This document shows positions 18,098-27,419 of a stretch of DNA of 59,381 nt, piece after piece. Under the pieces are notes generated by a model. That model saw only the letters and a list, made by a program, of their open reading frames with translations, was not told the origin of the DNA and did no database searches. Origin of the DNA: a virus (taxonomy: Duplodnaviria > Caudoviricetes); IMG/VR virus record IMGVR_UViG_3300042401_000753, positions 1 to 59,381 of that record; one strand, given 5' to 3'. Position 1 is the first letter of the stretch; every line of letters starts with the position of its first letter. Both the position numbers and the translations under genes were made by a program.

Positions 18098-18580
18098 GTT
18101 TTTATTCCGTCCCTTTCAGTCATACCGTCCCCCGTTGTGGGAGACTGCCGCATGACCGTAAAGGGCGGAATTGAAACGATAGTGATGGGATATGAGAAAG
18201 AGCGGACAAATGCAGCGCTGCGCTCTATTTGGCACTGTCTTAACCATACAATGGCAAGGCAATGCGTCCCACAAGGAATAGAGCATCGGGGCGGTTTCAC
18301 CGCTTGCCGACTAGGTCACTGAATGACCGATGGGGAAAGCGTGGTTGCCCTTCCCCTTATCTGCATTTGAAGATGTTTGACTGAAAAAATTCAGCAGAAC
18401 TATTTAAAGTGAATTGATTCACTCGAACCGCTTGGGCGTGCCAAACGGTCCCCCCTTATAAACCCTTCCCCTCCCTTGTCAAGCGCACAAGCCCCAGATT
18501 GCCGGAATAGTATCAAAAGTTGATGGATTCGTATCAAAATAACATCTTTTTAGAAGTGTTATTTAAGTGAGGATTTGTAG

Positions 18581-18712
18581 GCAGATAGCGTGCCAAGCGT
18601 GAAAAGTATCCTATCACAAGCCGCGTCCACGTATGGGAAGCGTGACCGTGATGGCACGTTATATGCTCCCCCTTGCCAGCTAAAGAAAAAGCAGATTGGC
18701 ATGCTAGTAGCT
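18581..18712. promoter_or_regulatory. three sigma54 (-24/-12)-like elements
   Basis: TTGGCACGCTATCTGC (minus, 18581..18596), TGGCACGTTATATGCT (18652..18667), TTGGCATGCTAGTAGCT (18696..18712); each has GG-N10-GC. Confidence 0.5.
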
Positions 18713-19756
18713 ATCCTGACATAAAATCGGCCGGCATTGGTGGCAAGGATCCTTCCCCATATTCTCAGTTAAATGAGAATACGATATAAGACAATATAGC
18801 TTATATCACATTATATACCTACATTCCCCCGATGAATAAAGCTATAAAACGAGAGTAGCTGACCATAATCATATACCTTACTGAAAAGACATACAGATAG
18901 GCTATTACATCTATTCAGTTAAATGAGAATATACTTATGAAACAAGTATATAGAATAAGACAGATAGATATATGTATACGTATGACCGTAATAGCATATA
19001 CCACACAATGCATACAAGTATATAATGTATACATAGAGCGAAGAGATATAGCGTTATACCGTATAAGTATATGAGAGAGTATATCATAGGATAAGGTAGA
19101 ACGTATGTATTGATACGTATACATAAGAGAGTGAGGGATAGCTATATGATGGCAATGTATGGCTGACAATAACTGTGGGCGCACTTACCTCTTAACCCAT
19201 AAATAATTTGTTACAAATAAATAAGTAATCCCAAAAAATAGTTATTACATACATATACTTACCTACTAATTTGTTATTTGAAATATGGATACCTTACGGC
19301 TAGTGCCTTTGCCTATAACTAATAAAAAGTCAAAGGGACAAACTTGCCGGGGTTTGGAGAAACACCCTTCTAATTAGTAGAACTTTTTTTCCAACTATCT
19401 CACACACTCCTAATCAGCAGATTATTTTTTCAGTTAACTGATTATTTCCTAATCCCCTAAATAATTCCTAATCTTCAAAAAGTCATCATTCCCACCGGGC
19501 AAAAACAAAACATTTTTCTAAAAATAAAAAAATAATTGTTTTTTGTTCACTATAAAAAAGTAATAATTATGGCTCAGTAGTTCAATTTACATTATATCAA
19601 TGTAACCCCTTATCCTGTTTGTTGCTACTAGCAACAAAGGAAGGATGTTGCAGACCGTCCTTCTTTGAGTTGCATTAACAATACAACCGGCGGAGTTCGG
19701 ATTGCTGTTAAGGGATAGCGATTGAAATAAAGTGGTGGCTTGGGAGAGCCGCAACA

Positions 19757-19784
19757 GCCCGGTAGGAGTAAAATCTTACCGGGC
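19757..19784. terminator. GC-rich hairpin at the end of a hairpin series
   Basis: GCCCGGTAGGA-GTAAAA-TCTTACCGGGC followed by a T-rich tract. Confidence 0.55.
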
Positions 19785-19856
19785 AATTTCTTGCTTTGAC
19801 ATATACATTATATCACTTAGTATTATTTATCTTATCAATCTCAGTTAACTGAAAAA

Positions 19857-20363
19857 ATGCGCGTTAAAGATCATAACAAAGTATCTAGTTGGAATTTCTT
19901 TATGGAAGACATGAGTGGTGAAACCGTTCAAGTCCCGCCGCAAGGAGGCACCAATACAATTCAAGAACTGCTTACATTAGTATTGTCTTATATACAGACG
20001 TATGACAATCACACTAATAATGAGTATAGCAAACAACAGCGTATATACGCAGAAGAAGATGGTTTGTCTTTTAATGCCTATATGATTAAATTGATTGAAC
20101 ATCAATTCTGTCTTAGAAATAGTAATACTACACCTTGCTGGAGCGGTGGTGTAGGTGACACTATTCATAATGCTCTTACTAAAGTAGATGGATGGATTGA
20201 GCATACTCCTGAAGTTCTTCAGCAAAAAGTTCAAGCTGCTATTTCTTTTCTTACTCCCAGTAAGAGTAAAACGTTTGGTGGATGTTCTGTATGTGGTGGC
20301 AGTAAGGTTATGAGCAGGAGCTCAAACAATCTTGGCCGGGCTGGTAAGCTTAACAACATCTAA
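19857..20363 (+). CDS. hypothetical protein with Cys motifs
   Basis: 168-aa ORF containing GGCSVCGG; first gene of the plus-strand arm. Confidence 0.75.
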   Translation: MRVKDHNKVSSWNFFMEDMSGETVQVPPQGGTNTIQELLTLVLSYIQTYDNHTNNEYSKQQRIYAEEDGLSFNAYMIKLIEHQFCLRNSNTTPCWSGGVGDTIHNALTKVDGWIEHTPEVLQQKVQAAISFLTPSKSKTFGGCSVCGGSKVMSRSSNNLGRAGKLNNI

Positions 20364-20694
20364 ACAAGTGAGTGTTCTAAGTGATCCGTATACACAAAAA
20401 GTTGTAGTAGATAAGATGAATGGCAAGTATCTTGATCTATTAGTAAAGAAAGATAAAAGGATTCAATATCTTACTACACAGGTAAAGAATTTAAAACGTC
20501 AGTTAACTGAGAAATATCCCAACAAAGAAAATGTAGGTTGGGTAAATAAACTAAAAGCTGAAACTGTTCCTTGTATTAAAAACTGCCGTAAATGCTGCGG
20601 CCAAGGACGGGTGGAAATCCAGAGCGGGCCATACATGAGGGAATGCCCTGAGTGCAATGGGACCGGAAAGCAAACCAACCAACCAAAACCATGA
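20332..20694 (+). CDS. protein with a DnaJ-like CxxCxGxG zinc finger (start uncertain)
   Basis: CRKCCGQG ... CPECNGTG. Confidence 0.7.
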   Translation: MAGLVSLTTSKQVSVLSDPYTQKVVVDKMNGKYLDLLVKKDKRIQYLTTQVKNLKRQLTEKYPNKENVGWVNKLKAETVPCIKNCRKCCGQGRVEIQSGPYMRECPECNGTGKQTNQPKP

Positions 20695-20900
20695 ACGACA
20701 CCATCTACGAAACCCTCGAATCAGCAAAACAGGCTTGTAAAAAATACATTGAAGCGGTGCAAGCCCTTCAGTCCCAGTTTGGCATAAACATGGAGCTTAC
20801 CGGTTCCTGCGCCACCGCCATCTTCACCGGCCAGTATTGGGACGAGACGGGCCGACTTAAGAGTTTCGGATTCACTAACCGGGATTTAACAAAGCCATGA
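20691..20900 (+). CDS. hypothetical protein
   Basis: ATGA-coupled start MNDTIYE at 20691. Confidence 0.65.
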   Translation: MNDTIYETLESAKQACKKYIEAVQALQSQFGINMELTGSCATAIFTGQYWDETGRLKSFGFTNRDLTKP

Positions 20901-21094
20901 GTGACAGACCAGAAACACATTCATCAGACTTAAATAACATATACTCACACCTTCCTGCAACAATTCCCGCCGAGCGGAGAAAGGCATTTTTAATAAGTAT
21001 TATTAACCAATATAAATTTAATGAACGCGGACATGATAAAATTCCTCGCATCCTTCCTTGTCCTAATTCTTATTTACTTCCTGATAGGTTGTAA
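20897..21094 (+). CDS. hypothetical protein
   Basis: ATGA-coupled start; overlaps the next ORF. Confidence 0.45.
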   Translation: MSDRPETHSSDLNNIYSHLPATIPAERRKAFLISIINQYKFNERGHDKIPRILPCPNSYLLPDRL

Positions 21095-21224
21095 AGCATA
21101 CAAAGAAGATAATTATAACAAATCAATCCTAGATCAACACAAGCTTGACACACAACAGTTTATAAACGAGCATCCTGACTTAGCAAAACATTTAATGAAT
21201 TACAACCAACAAACAAATGAGTGA
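21021..21224 (+). CDS. small membrane protein or lipoprotein
   Basis: Hydrophobic N-terminus ending LIGC (lipobox-like). Confidence 0.55.
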   Translation: MNADMIKFLASFLVLILIYFLIGCKAYKEDNYNKSILDQHKLDTQQFINEHPDLAKHLMNYNQQTNE

Positions 21225-21714
21225 TACAAACACAGACTGCACCTGCTGGAGTTGCGCGGAAAAAGAATTTCAGTTAACTGACAAACCTTCTTCCCTTTCT
21301 GATAGTCTTTTGATTTCAGACCTTACAGCAACAAACGAAACACTGTATAGGCATAACAAAGAACTTCAGGAAAAAGTAAATGTTCTTGAAGGTATTTGTT
21401 ACTCTGGTAACATTACTTTTAAGTCAATTGACTATGGCCACGGATGTGAAGTTAAATGCGAGTGTGAACTAAATAGTAATAAGCCTACTGATCTTCCAAA
21501 CATGGTAGAAAATCCTCCGCATTATAACAACCATCCTAGCGGGGTAGAGTGCATTGAGATTACCAGGCATATGAACTTTAATCTTGGCAACGTCGTTAAA
21601 TATCTTTGGCGTTGTGAAGAAAAACAAAATTACCTTGAAGACCTAAAAAAGGCGGCTTGGTATCTTAACGACGAAATTGAAAAAATCGAAGAACAACGGG
21701 GTTTAATTAACTGA
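21217..21714 (+). CDS. DUF3310-domain protein
   Basis: VENPPHY...GVECIEI...FNLGNVVKYLWR...EDLKKAAWYL signature. Confidence 0.85.
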   Translation: MSDTNTDCTCWSCAEKEFQLTDKPSSLSDSLLISDLTATNETLYRHNKELQEKVNVLEGICYSGNITFKSIDYGHGCEVKCECELNSNKPTDLPNMVENPPHYNNHPSGVECIEITRHMNFNLGNVVKYLWRCEEKQNYLEDLKKAAWYLNDEIEKIEEQRGLIN

Positions 21715-21721
21715 AAATAAT

Positions 21722-22306
21722 ATGACAAGACAGATTACACCAACAGAAGCCTTCAAGTTAATGGAGGAATTGCAGGAAGCCCATTACAAGGCAGCACTAG
21801 ATAATCACAACATCAGTAAGATGGCAGCACTTACTGTCTTTGATGGTTCTGACAATCCAATGAATGCTATTGCAGCAGGCTTGCTATCAACAGGAGGAAT
21901 CCACGGACCCCTTACTGAAACGCGGGAGCTTCTGCGTATGTATAACCAAGACAAAGACTTTTGTATTGCCTACATGACTGACATGGTTAAGGGAGGAGGT
22001 AAAATCCCCGGCCTTGGTAATTCATTCTTTAAAGACAAGGTTGATCCAGCATTTAGTCCTACCCTTGAATTGTATGTGCAAACCTGCAATGATCTTGGAG
22101 AAGACCCTCTATTAACTAACTTTGCAAAAGACGCTAACCTTGCAATCGAACAAGCTAAAGGAGTTAACAAGAATCTATATCTAAACGCATCCGCTATTAC
22201 AGCAGGTATTACAGAACTACTGGGCGGATGCAAGTATATTGAGAACTGGTTCTTTATTGCAGGCCGTTCTAGGGCTTGGATTGAAATCATGGCAACAAAA
22301 CCATAG
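21722..22306 (+). CDS. citrate synthase / citryl-CoA lyase-like protein (short, degenerate active site)
   Basis: AIAAGLLSTGGIHGP, KIPGLGNSFFKDKVDP, LYLNASA and FFIAGRSRAW align in order with citrate-synthase motifs. Confidence 0.7.
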   Translation: MTRQITPTEAFKLMEELQEAHYKAALDNHNISKMAALTVFDGSDNPMNAIAAGLLSTGGIHGPLTETRELLRMYNQDKDFCIAYMTDMVKGGGKIPGLGNSFFKDKVDPAFSPTLELYVQTCNDLGEDPLLTNFAKDANLAIEQAKGVNKNLYLNASAITAGITELLGGCKYIENWFFIAGRSRAWIEIMATKP

Positions 22307-22395
22307 CAAATTGTAATTTAACCCCTTCCTGAGTAAGATGGTTTCGACCAGTCTTTTAAAGTGACAAATCAATAATCCTCAGTTAACTGAAATTT

Positions 22396-24171
22396 ATGTC
22401 CTCTCTTTGTGATTTAGTAACAAACATCAATCAAGCGTTTACTGCTATTAATTATCATTTTAGCACGCTCTTTGGGTTTACTAACGGAGAGTCCGTTATT
22501 GCGCCATCAAGCATTCCACTTATTAGCAAGGGTTCCCAGAGTCCAATTATGCGGATTAAAGACCCGGATGGATTTCAAATTTCTCATACAACTCAAGCAT
22601 CAATCAGTCTTCGCGCCTCTTCTCAGCCAGACGGATCTGCTCCAATTACTACAAATCAAGTAGTCCATCCTTCAGTAGTAAGGTTTCCCTCCCCTTGGCA
22701 TGGTTATGAATGGTGGATGGCTATTACTCCTTATCCAGGCAGTGATGCCCTTTACGAGAATCCATCTATCATGGTTTCTCATAACGGAGTAAACTGGATT
22801 GAAAATCCGCTTATTCAAAATCCAGTCTGCCCTCTTCCTGCTGGTTCTATCAACCAAGGAGATAATCATCTTTCTTACGATCCTGAAAATGACAGGCTTG
22901 TATTAGTTTATCTTAGGCGTTCTGCTTCTGCACAACAATTAAGGATTTCATTTTGTAATAATGGAGTTAACTGGAGCGCTCCATCAGTTATCTCAACTCA
23001 TCCAACCCTTATTAAAGGATCACCAAACCTTGTAAGGTTCTCTGGTCCAACAGGAGTTATTAAATGGAGGCTTTATTACAACAAAGCAACTGGAGGCGGA
23101 TCTTATGCCGCTCACTTTAGGGAATCGCTATTGCCTGATGGTGTATCAGGAAGCTGGGATACTGTAACAGAAGTTGAGTGTGTTCACAACAATCTGGGAA
23201 CGGGACGAGTCCACTGGGATTTCCAAATGTATAGCTTGGCTGGCGGACAATGGATGGACATTGCCGTTGCTTCTGTTGGAACTGATGGAATTGGCACTCG
23301 TCCAGTAATGGGTATTTCTGATGATGGAATTACGTTTAATTACGGAAAGCCACTTCTTCGCCGAAACATCTCAGGAAGTCCAATGGATTTTATTGTTTAT
23401 ACGACATCCGTAGTTCCAAGTCTTTATGGAGACGTTTCCTTTAAAGCATTTGTTACAGGTCTTCAAGCAGGAGTTGGCTGGGGTTTGATGGTCTCTGATT
23501 TAGTTCCTCGCCCAATTGGAGTTGTTAAAGGTGCTCAAAAGATTTTTGAGTTTAACCACCGCTATAATATTACCCCGGCATCTGGAGCTATTGTTACAGC
23601 ACTTGCAGCAACTCCAGAAGGACCGGCTGCCGCAACAACTATCAACGGAGCAACAAAGGCAACTCGCGGAACAACCGGGATTACATTTAACGGAACGGAT
23701 CAATATATAACTTGGACTGCAAAAGCATGGTCTCTGACTCCTGCTTTTACGGCAATTTGCAGATTCAAACCATTGGGCAACCCGGCTACAGCAACAGGAC
23801 AGCAAACTGTCTTTATGATTCGTAACGTATTGGTTGCACTTGTTCCAGCCGCTGGAGCTTGGCAGATTTGGGTAATGCAATCATCAAACACAAGTAACTT
23901 TGTTGCTCAATTGGTTATCCCTTACACAGATCTGATTACAATTGCTGTATCATGGGATGGAACTGTTGCACGCTTTGGTTCTTCCCTAATGCATGATTAC
24001 GGCGGTTACCAAATCGGGGCACTTACAAGCATCAATACAACTGGAGATGTCTGGATTGCAGGTGGAGCAAACTCAGGCGTCCCTGGTGGAGTATTGATTG
24101 ATAAGCTTTTAATTTACGACAAGGCCACTACAGAAAATCTTGAAGGACTGGCAACCTCATTTGATTATTAA
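22396..24171 (+). CDS. tailspike/depolymerase-like protein: glycoside-hydrolase-type beta-propeller plus C-terminal LamG/ConA-like domain
   Basis: VVHPSVV...WWMAITPYP...ENPSIMVS.NGVNW and SDDGITF Asp-box-like repeats; GITFNGTDQYI...IDKLLIYD C-terminal domain. Confidence 0.65.
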   Translation: MSSLCDLVTNINQAFTAINYHFSTLFGFTNGESVIAPSSIPLISKGSQSPIMRIKDPDGFQISHTTQASISLRASSQPDGSAPITTNQVVHPSVVRFPSPWHGYEWWMAITPYPGSDALYENPSIMVSHNGVNWIENPLIQNPVCPLPAGSINQGDNHLSYDPENDRLVLVYLRRSASAQQLRISFCNNGVNWSAPSVISTHPTLIKGSPNLVRFSGPTGVIKWRLYYNKATGGGSYAAHFRESLLPDGVSGSWDTVTEVECVHNNLGTGRVHWDFQMYSLAGGQWMDIAVASVGTDGIGTRPVMGISDDGITFNYGKPLLRRNISGSPMDFIVYTTSVVPSLYGDVSFKAFVTGLQAGVGWGLMVSDLVPRPIGVVKGAQKIFEFNHRYNITPASGAIVTALAATPEGPAAATTINGATKATRGTTGITFNGTDQYITWTAKAWSLTPAFTAICRFKPLGNPATATGQQTVFMIRNVLVALVPAAGAWQIWVMQSSNTSNFVAQLVIPYTDLITIAVSWDGTVARFGSSLMHDYGGYQIGALTSINTTGDVWIAGGANSGVPGGVLIDKLLIYDKATTENLEGLATSFDY

Positions 24172-24205
24172 TTCAGTTAACTGAAACTTTAAATACTTTA
24201 CTACT

Positions 24206-26611
24206 ATGGGCGTTCCTTATTCTATCTTTTGCTGCTTTAAATCTACAACCGAAGCAAGGCTTATTGACCTTGAGGCTGGCGGCACAGGCACCTACAGCAC
24301 AGATGTTAATACCATGCTGGCATCTGCCAACAACGCTGCGATCAGATCCGCCATCGGCCTCGGCCAAACGGACGCGCCGACGTTCCTTGGATTAGCCTTA
24401 ACTGGCACCACGGATCAGTTGCTAAAAATTAACGCAGGCAACTGGATTGGCACTGACAGTTCACAGGTGTATTTATACAGCTCTGGTTATGGCGCAGCAG
24501 TTGTATCTTTAAATAACGGCGGCGGAGCACTGGCAATGCGATCCGACTGGACTTTAGGGTGGACTAATTCAGGCACAGCCGCAGGCACAATAGATATTCG
24601 TTTAGCCCGAGACGCCGCCGGAATCCTAGCCCAGCGGAACGGGACCAACGCGCAGGCGTTTCGGGTTTATAATACGACAGACGCCGGAATCACTAATTAC
24701 GAGCGAGTAAACTTAGAGTGGTCTGGTGGTCAAGCTATTTTGCAAACGGTCAAAGGCGGCACCGGAGCAGCACGTGATTTAATATTAAGGTCGAATGCTA
24801 ACCTTATATTTGGTGTAGCTAATGGTGGCCAATGGTTTGTTCATGGCGGAACTGCAAATTTCTGTGCATTTACAGACAACACTTTTGACATTGGGTCTAG
24901 CGGAGCAAATAGGCCGAGAAATTTGTATTTGAGTGGATCAACAATTTCTGTTGGCTATTTCAGAACAACAAGAGACTCTGGCATTATATTTGCAAGCTCC
25001 GCAACAGATCCGCTTTCAGGAACGCACTTAACACTCCGAGCAAGCGCCAACGCTGTAAATACTCTTTGCATCGGAGACACCACCTCCGCATTTCCCGCGA
25101 TCAAGCGCAACGGGACCGGGATTGATATTAGGCTAGCAGATGATTCAACCTACGCCCCATTAACCGCCGCGAGTCTCAGCTTAGGGGTGGCAGTTCCAAC
25201 GGCAGACCTCGACATCGCCAAGACTTGGAACATGGCTCCCATCACCGTCACCGGAGCCAGCGGAACCGGAACAGTAGTAACTCTTACCTTCGCAACTCAG
25301 TCAACTGCGATTCCTATTGGCTCAACGATTGTAGTGGCAAATATTGGTCCTGCTGGATACAACGGAACATATGTTGTCACAGCATCAAGTGTTACTTCAG
25401 TATCGTATTTAAACGCAACTACTGCTTCTTATGCTTCTGTAGGAACGATTGAGCGTCTCTTTACTTCTGTTAAGCTAAACGTCACGGACACGGCAAGTAA
25501 CGCGGCGTCTCTATTGATGGACTTGCAGGTTGGTGGGGTGAGTAAGTTTAAGTTTGACAAAACCGGCGTAATGACGACGATAAACGTGTATGCCGGGGGG
25601 GCGGTTGGGTATGCGTTGTTCAACGATACAGGATTAGGATTACGCAGTGCAGCGGTTATTGGATGGACGGCGGGAATTGCAGTTAATGCCCAAGACACCA
25701 TCCTTGCCCGAGACGCCGCCGGAATCCTAGCCCAGCGGAACGGGACCAACGCGCAGGCGTTCCGGGTTTATAATACCTACGATACAGCAGGAGCTAATTA
25801 CGACAGGCTTTCGTTTTTCCACGCAGGGGGGCAGGCCACAATAGCAACTGAAGGATTTGGAGCAAATGCTGCAAGTTCTCACCTTACTTTAGCGGCTGGA
25901 GGAACAACAAGATCAATTTTCTTTCAGACTGCTGGAAGTGCTAAATGGTTAATTAATTCGGCAGGAAATTTCTTGGCTCAGACACACAACACCTACGACA
26001 TCGGCGCTGTTGGCGGGGTAAATTGTCCGAGGAATATTTTCGTCGCTCAAACTGTCCGAGCCAATGCATTCCAGTTAAATGCCACCAGTCATGTCTATGG
26101 CACTGTTGATGGCATTATTGGGTTGTATAATTCAGCTCTTAATAACTTTGACCGACTTCAACTAGGCGGCACCACCTCCGCATTCCCCGCGATCAAGCGC
26201 AACGGGACCGGGATTGAGATTAGGCTGGCGGATGATTCTAATTTTGCTCCTTTGAGTTCTGGCGCTCTTACTATTGCTGGAGGTGGCGCAAATATTACAG
26301 GCATCGTTAATGGGACGGCATTTATATCTGGTTTTTATATTCAAACCAACACGCAATTTATGTTTGGAACAGGCGGGGTTGGAGATGTCGCGTTGCAAAA
26401 AAACGCCACCGGAGTTGTTGAAATCAACAGCACAACAGCCGGAACATTCCGCGATCTTCGCGTCCGCTCCGTAATTCAGCAACCGCCAGCCAGTATCACA
26501 CCAGCTAGTAACGGAGACCTTGTTGTAGAAGCCACCAGCAATACCCTACTGACCTTTAAGTTTAAAGGCAGTGATGGCACAGTCCGCTCCGGCACAATGG
26601 TAGTCGCATAA
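24206..26611 (+). CDS. tail fibre protein with internal repeats
   Basis: 801 aa, G/A/T/S-rich beta-type sequence with repeated LARDAAGILAQRNGTNAQAFRVYNT and TTSAFPAIKRNGTG modules. Confidence 0.8.
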   Translation: MGVPYSIFCCFKSTTEARLIDLEAGGTGTYSTDVNTMLASANNAAIRSAIGLGQTDAPTFLGLALTGTTDQLLKINAGNWIGTDSSQVYLYSSGYGAAVVSLNNGGGALAMRSDWTLGWTNSGTAAGTIDIRLARDAAGILAQRNGTNAQAFRVYNTTDAGITNYERVNLEWSGGQAILQTVKGGTGAARDLILRSNANLIFGVANGGQWFVHGGTANFCAFTDNTFDIGSSGANRPRNLYLSGSTISVGYFRTTRDSGIIFASSATDPLSGTHLTLRASANAVNTLCIGDTTSAFPAIKRNGTGIDIRLADDSTYAPLTAASLSLGVAVPTADLDIAKTWNMAPITVTGASGTGTVVTLTFATQSTAIPIGSTIVVANIGPAGYNGTYVVTASSVTSVSYLNATTASYASVGTIERLFTSVKLNVTDTASNAASLLMDLQVGGVSKFKFDKTGVMTTINVYAGGAVGYALFNDTGLGLRSAAVIGWTAGIAVNAQDTILARDAAGILAQRNGTNAQAFRVYNTYDTAGANYDRLSFFHAGGQATIATEGFGANAASSHLTLAAGGTTRSIFFQTAGSAKWLINSAGNFLAQTHNTYDIGAVGGVNCPRNIFVAQTVRANAFQLNATSHVYGTVDGIIGLYNSALNNFDRLQLGGTTSAFPAIKRNGTGIEIRLADDSNFAPLSSGALTIAGGGANITGIVNGTAFISGFYIQTNTQFMFGTGGVGDVALQKNATGVVEINSTTAGTFRDLRVRSVIQQPPASITPASNGDLVVEATSNTLLTFKFKGSDGTVRSGTMVVA
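24605..25776 (+). repeat. 71-bp direct repeat (24605..24675 and 25706..25776), 1 mismatch
   Basis: GCCCGAGACGCCGCCGGAATCCTAGCCCAGCGGAACGGGACCAACGCGCAGGCGTT(T/C)CGGGTTTATAATAC. Confidence 0.9.
25078..26238 (+). repeat. 69-bp imperfect direct repeat (25078..25146 and 26170..26238)
   Basis: CACCACCTCCGCATT(T/C)CCCGCGATCAAGCGCAACGGGACCGGGATTGA(T/G)ATTAGGCT...GATGATTC. Confidence 0.9.
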
Positions 26612-26618
26612 CAATCTC

Positions 26619-26807
26619 ATGAACAAAACATACAAAACCAACCTCATCACCTCCCGTAACGCCAACCTTGCAGAACAGTGCGATCTCAAAGAGCGCCTGA
26701 AGCAGTTGGAGACGGAAGAAACCCAACTCAAAGGAGCAATCGCTGTCTTGAGTCAAATCGAACAAGCTGAAGCCGAACAAGCCAAAGCTGAACAACCTAC
26801 TACTTGA
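26619..26807 (+). CDS. small coiled-coil protein, possible tail-fibre chaperone
   Basis: Directly downstream of the tail fibre; heptad pattern. Confidence 0.65.
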   Translation: MNKTYKTNLITSRNANLAEQCDLKERLKQLETEETQLKGAIAVLSQIEQAEAEQAKAEQPTT

Positions 26808-26814
26808 TAATATT

Positions 26815-26976
26815 ATGATGAATATGAATATGGCATCAATGCTTGGTTTGCAAAAAGCTGCAAGCTCAATAATGGCTCAACGCATTAAGCAAGCTGCTGC
26901 ATCTTCAAAAAAAGCAAGTGCTGCTGGCGTAACTCGCCAAGTTGTTAAAAAGAAAAAAAAGAACACACTATACTAA
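26815..26976 (+). CDS. small basic protein, 53 aa (not in ORF track)
   Basis: MMNMNMASMLGLQKAASS...KKKKKNTLY fills the gap. Confidence 0.45.
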   Translation: MMNMNMASMLGLQKAASSIMAQRIKQAAASSKKASAAGVTRQVVKKKKKNTLY

Positions 26977-26985
26977 ACAAATAAT

Positions 26986-27396
26986 ATGGCTACCATTACC
27001 ATCCCACTTGATACACCGGCAGAACGTCCAGAAGTTCCGTCGAAGACCTACAATGAAATCTACATCATGGACCTTGCCATCAGCGCACGTTCCATGGGTG
27101 AACAAGATTCCATCTACGTTGAGTATGTCCCATTTGACCAAGCTACCGGAGATCGACTGTTGTCTGACCGCCGGGAAGTCCGCTTGCCATTCTGGGAGGC
27201 AGTAAATGTAATCCCAAGCGCCGCTGATGCTTTTGCCGCTGTTGCCTTGTGCCTACCTGACTTGATTGCCTACCAAGCACTTAAGAATGCGCCAGTCGCT
27301 CCAGTAGAACCAGAGCCAATCCCGGTAGAACCAGATCCAGTTGCCCCTACTGAACCAGAGCCAACTCCTGTTGAACCAGTTGCTCCCACTGAATAA
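26986..27396 (+). CDS. hypothetical protein with a Pro/Glu-rich tail
   Basis: 136 aa with PVEPEP repeats. Confidence 0.75.
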   Translation: MATITIPLDTPAERPEVPSKTYNEIYIMDLAISARSMGEQDSIYVEYVPFDQATGDRLLSDRREVRLPFWEAVNVIPSAADAFAAVALCLPDLIAYQALKNAPVAPVEPEPIPVEPDPVAPTEPEPTPVEPVAPTE

Positions 27397-27419
27397 AATC
27401 AGTTAACTGAAATATAACA

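Noticed and set aside
18915-19184. 89-aa minus-strand ORF in the AT-rich tract (also 18074..18322, 18094..18300, 16767..16964)
   Set aside because: Low-complexity or atypical composition with no supporting context; probably non-coding.
19571-19590. GGCTCAGTAGTTCAAT resembles a tRNA 5' end
   Set aside because: No anticodon arm, T-loop (GTTCRA in the right position) or complementary acceptor strand follows.
24605-26238. Tail-fibre repeats as a diversity-generating retroelement TR/VR pair
   Set aside because: No reverse transcriptase gene; both copies are in frame within one gene and mismatches are not adenine-specific.
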